DNA of 64,000 bases. It comes from Magallana gigas (lineage: Eukaryota). Below, in pieces: positions 60,887-64,000 of the stretch; position 1 is the stretch's first letter; the number at the start of each line of letters is the position of its first letter. The notes beneath the pieces were generated by a model that had not been told where the DNA came from, did not search any database, and worked only from the letters and a program-made list of their open reading frames with translations. The stretch spans positions 41,788,001 to 41,852,000 of the forward strand of contig NC_088855.1 in NCBI RefSeq assembly GCF_963853765.1, in the 5' to 3' direction. The position numbers and the translations under genes are program-made.

Positions 60887-63800
60887 GCGATCACCCTCAT
60901 CAGTTAGATGTAGTAGAGTTTAATGGCAGAGAGTCATATAAAGGATCTGGTTCTGTTGATGCAGTGATTGAGTCTGTCCTTGAAGATGCATATGCAGGTG
61001 AGATATCTGACTATGCTAACTGAGGCAATAGTTGTTGGATATTGATATCTGATGAAGGTGACTCGGTTTATATCTTCTTCTGTAGGTGACCACCCTCATC
61101 AGTTAGATGTAGTAGAGTTTAATGGCAGAAAGTCATATAAAGGATCTGGTTCTGTTGATGCAGTGATTGAGTCTGTCCTTGAAGATGCACATGCAGGTGA
61201 GATATCTGACTATGCTAACTGAAGCAATAGTTGTTGGATATTGATATCTGATGAAGATGACTCGGTTTATATTTTCTTCTGTAGGCGATCACCCTCATCA
61301 GTTAGATGTAGTAGAGTTTAATGGCAGAGAGTCATATAAAGGATCTGGTTCTGTTGATGCAGTGATTGAGTCTGTCCTTGAAGATGCACATGCAGGTGAG
61401 ATATCTTACTATGCTAACTGAAGCAATAGTTGTTGGATATTGATATCTGATGAAGATGACTCGGTTTATATCTTCTTCTGTAGGTGACCACCCTCATCAG
61501 TTAGATGTAGTAGAGTTTAATGGCAGAGAGTCATATAAAGGATCTGGTTCTGTTGATGCAGTGATTGAGTCTGTCCTTGAAGATGCACATGCAGGTGAGA
61601 TATCTGACTATGCTAACTGAGGCAATAGTTGTTGGATATTGATATCTGATGAAGATGACTCGGTTTATATTTTCTTCTGTAGGTGACCACCCTCATCAGT
61701 CAGATGTAGAGTTTAATGATGGAGAGTCGGATGAAGGATTGGGTTCTGTTGATGCAGTGATTGAGTCTGTCCTTGAAGATGCACATGCAGGTGAGATATC
61801 TTACTTTGCTAACTGAGGCAATAGCTGTTGGAAATTGATATCTGATGAAGATGACTCTGTTTATATCTTCTTCTGTAGGTGCCCAATCTCATCAGTCAGC
61901 TGTAGAGTTAAATGGTGGAGAGTCAGATAAAGGATCCAGTTCTGTTGATGCAGTGATTGAGTCTCTTCTTGAAGATGCACAAAATGAAGAGTCAGATAAA
62001 GGATCACATGCAGGTGAGATTTCTGACTATGCCAACTAGTGCAATAGTTGATAGAATTTGATATCTGATGAAGATGACTGTTTATATTTTCTTCTGTAGG
62101 TGACCACCCTCATCAGTCGGATGTAGAGTTTAATGATGGAGAGTCGGATGAAGGATTGGGTTCTGTTGATGCAGTGATTGAGTCTGTCCTTGAAGATGCA
62201 CATGCAGGTGAGATATCTTACTATGCTAACTGAAGCAATAGTTGTTGCCTTGTTGGATATTGATATCTGATGAAGATGACTCTGTTTATATCTTCTTCTG
62301 TAGGTGACCACCCTCATCAGTCAGATGTAGTAGAGTTTAATGGCAGAGAGTCATATAAAGGATCTGGTTCTGTTGATGCAGTGATTGAGTCTGTCCTTGA
62401 AGATGAACATGCAGGTGAGATATCTTACTATGCTAACTAGGGCAATAATTGTTGGATATTGATATCTGGTGAAGATGACTGTGTTTATATCTTCTTCTGT
62501 AGGTGACCACCCTCATCAGTCAGATGTAGAGTTTAATGATGGAGAGTCGGATGAAGGATTGGGTTCTGTTGATGCAATGATTGAGTCTCTTCTTGAAGAT
62601 GCACATGCAGGTGAGATATCTTACTTTGCTAACTGAGGCAATAGCTGTTGGAAATTGATATCTGATGAAGATGACTCTGTTTATATCTTCTTCTGTAGGT
62701 GCCCAATCTCATCAGTCAGCTGTAGAGTTAAATGGCGGAGAGTCAGATAAAGGATCCAGTTCTGTTGATGCAGTGATTGAGTCTCTTCTTGAAGATGCAC
62801 AAAATGAAGAGTCAGATAAAGGATCACAAGCAGGTGAGAATTCTGACTGCCAACTAATGCAATAGTTGACAGAATTTGATATCTTATGAAGATGACTCTG
62901 TTTATATCTTCTTCTGTAGGTGACCAATCTCATCAGTCAGATGTAGAGTTTAATGATGGAGAGTCGGATGAAGGATTGGGTTCTGTTGATGCAGTGATTG
63001 AGTCTGTCCTTGAAGATGCACATGCAGGTGAGATATCTTACTTTGCTAACTGAAGCAATAGTTGTTGGATATTGATATCTGATGAAGATGACTCTGTTTA
63101 TATCGTCTTCTGTAGGTGACCACCCTCATCAGTCAGATGTAGAGTTTAATTTTGGAGAGGCAGATAAAGGATCTGGTTTTGTTGATGCAGTGATTGAGTC
63201 TCTTCTTGAAGATGAACATGCAGGTGAGATATCTTACTATGCTAACTAGGGCAATAGTTGTTGGAAATTGATATCTGATGAAGATGACTTTGTTTATATT
63301 TTCTTCTGTAGGTGCCCAATCTCATCAGTCAGCTGTAGAGTTAAATGGCAGAGAGTCAGATAAAGGATCCAGTTCTGTTGATGCAGTGATTGAGTCTCTT
63401 CTTGAAGATGCACAAAATGAAGAGTCAGATAAAGGATCACATGCAGGTGAGATATCTGACTATGCTAACTGAGGCAATAGTTGTTGGATATTGATATCTG
63501 ATGAAGATGACTCTGTTTATATTTTCTTCTGTAGGTGACCACCCTCATCAGTCAGATGAAGAGTTTAATGATGGAGAGTCGGATGAAGGATCTGGTTCTG
63601 TTGATGCAGTGATTGAGTCTGTCCTTGAAGATGAACATGCAGGTGAGATATCTTACTATGCTAACTGAGGCAAAAGTTGTTTGAAATTGATATCTGATGA
63701 AGATGACTCTGTTTATATCTTCTTCTGTAGGTGACCACCCTCATCAGTCAGATGTAGAGTTTAATTTTGGAGAGGCAGATAAAGGATCCAGTTGTGTTGA

Positions 63801-64000
63801 TGCAGTGATTGAGTCTCTTCTTGAAGATGAACATGCAGGTGAGATATCTGACTATGCTAACTGAGGCAATAGTTGATTGAAATTGATATCTGATGAAGAT
63901 GACTATTTATATCTTCTTCTGTAGGCGATCACCCTCATCAGTCGGATGTAGAGTTTATTGACGCAGAATCAGATAAAGGATCTGGTTCTGTTGATGCAGT
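60887..64000 (+). CDS. Array of >=16 tandem symmetric (phase 1-1) exons encoding an acidic 36-45-aa repeat
   Basis: Exons 60887-60997, 61086-61196, 61285-61395, 61484-61594, 61683-61790, 61879-62013, 62100-62207, 62304-62414, 62503-62610, 62699-62833, 62920-63027, 63116-63223, 63312-63446, 63535-63642, 63731-63838, 63925-end. Each has TTCTGTAG| and |GTGAG. Peptide e.g. GDHPHQSDVEFNDGESDEGLGSVDAVIESVLEDAHA. Linkage to the PWWP exon is inferred. Confidence 0.75.

Noticed and set aside
61845-63472. ORFs starting MKMTLFISSSVG... in the array
   Set aside because: They start in the intron and read through into the 135-nt exons; the spliced interpretation explains all units.

Overview
AT-rich, intron-rich eukaryotic DNA, most likely an oyster (Crassostrea/Magallana), inferred from a Cg170-type 166-bp satellite inside Helentron/HINE-type elements. 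Exons were reconstructed by hand from GT-AG sites and reading phase. Seven complete or near-complete spliced genes: VPS37B-like (+), SLC25A11 (-), SH3BGRL-family (-), NWD2-like NACHT-WD40 (+), a secreted double-Kazal protein (+), PAGR1-like (-) and MDH2 (-). The first five exons of STYXL1 (+) lie head-to-head with MDH2. After STYXL1 exon 5 no further STYXL1 exons were found. Instead there is a broken HINE, a new promoter-like region, a PWWP-domain exon and an array of at least 16 tandemly duplicated, symmetric, frame-preserving exons encoding an acidic ~36-45-aa repeat that runs off the window end. This nested unit is the most unusual feature. The rest holds many non-autonomous transposons (HINEs, TTAA-flanked Kolobok-like MITEs, TA-flanked MITEs, palindromic mini-elements), tRNA-derived SINE fragments and microsatellites. 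Gene names come from recalled protein motifs; no database search was run.
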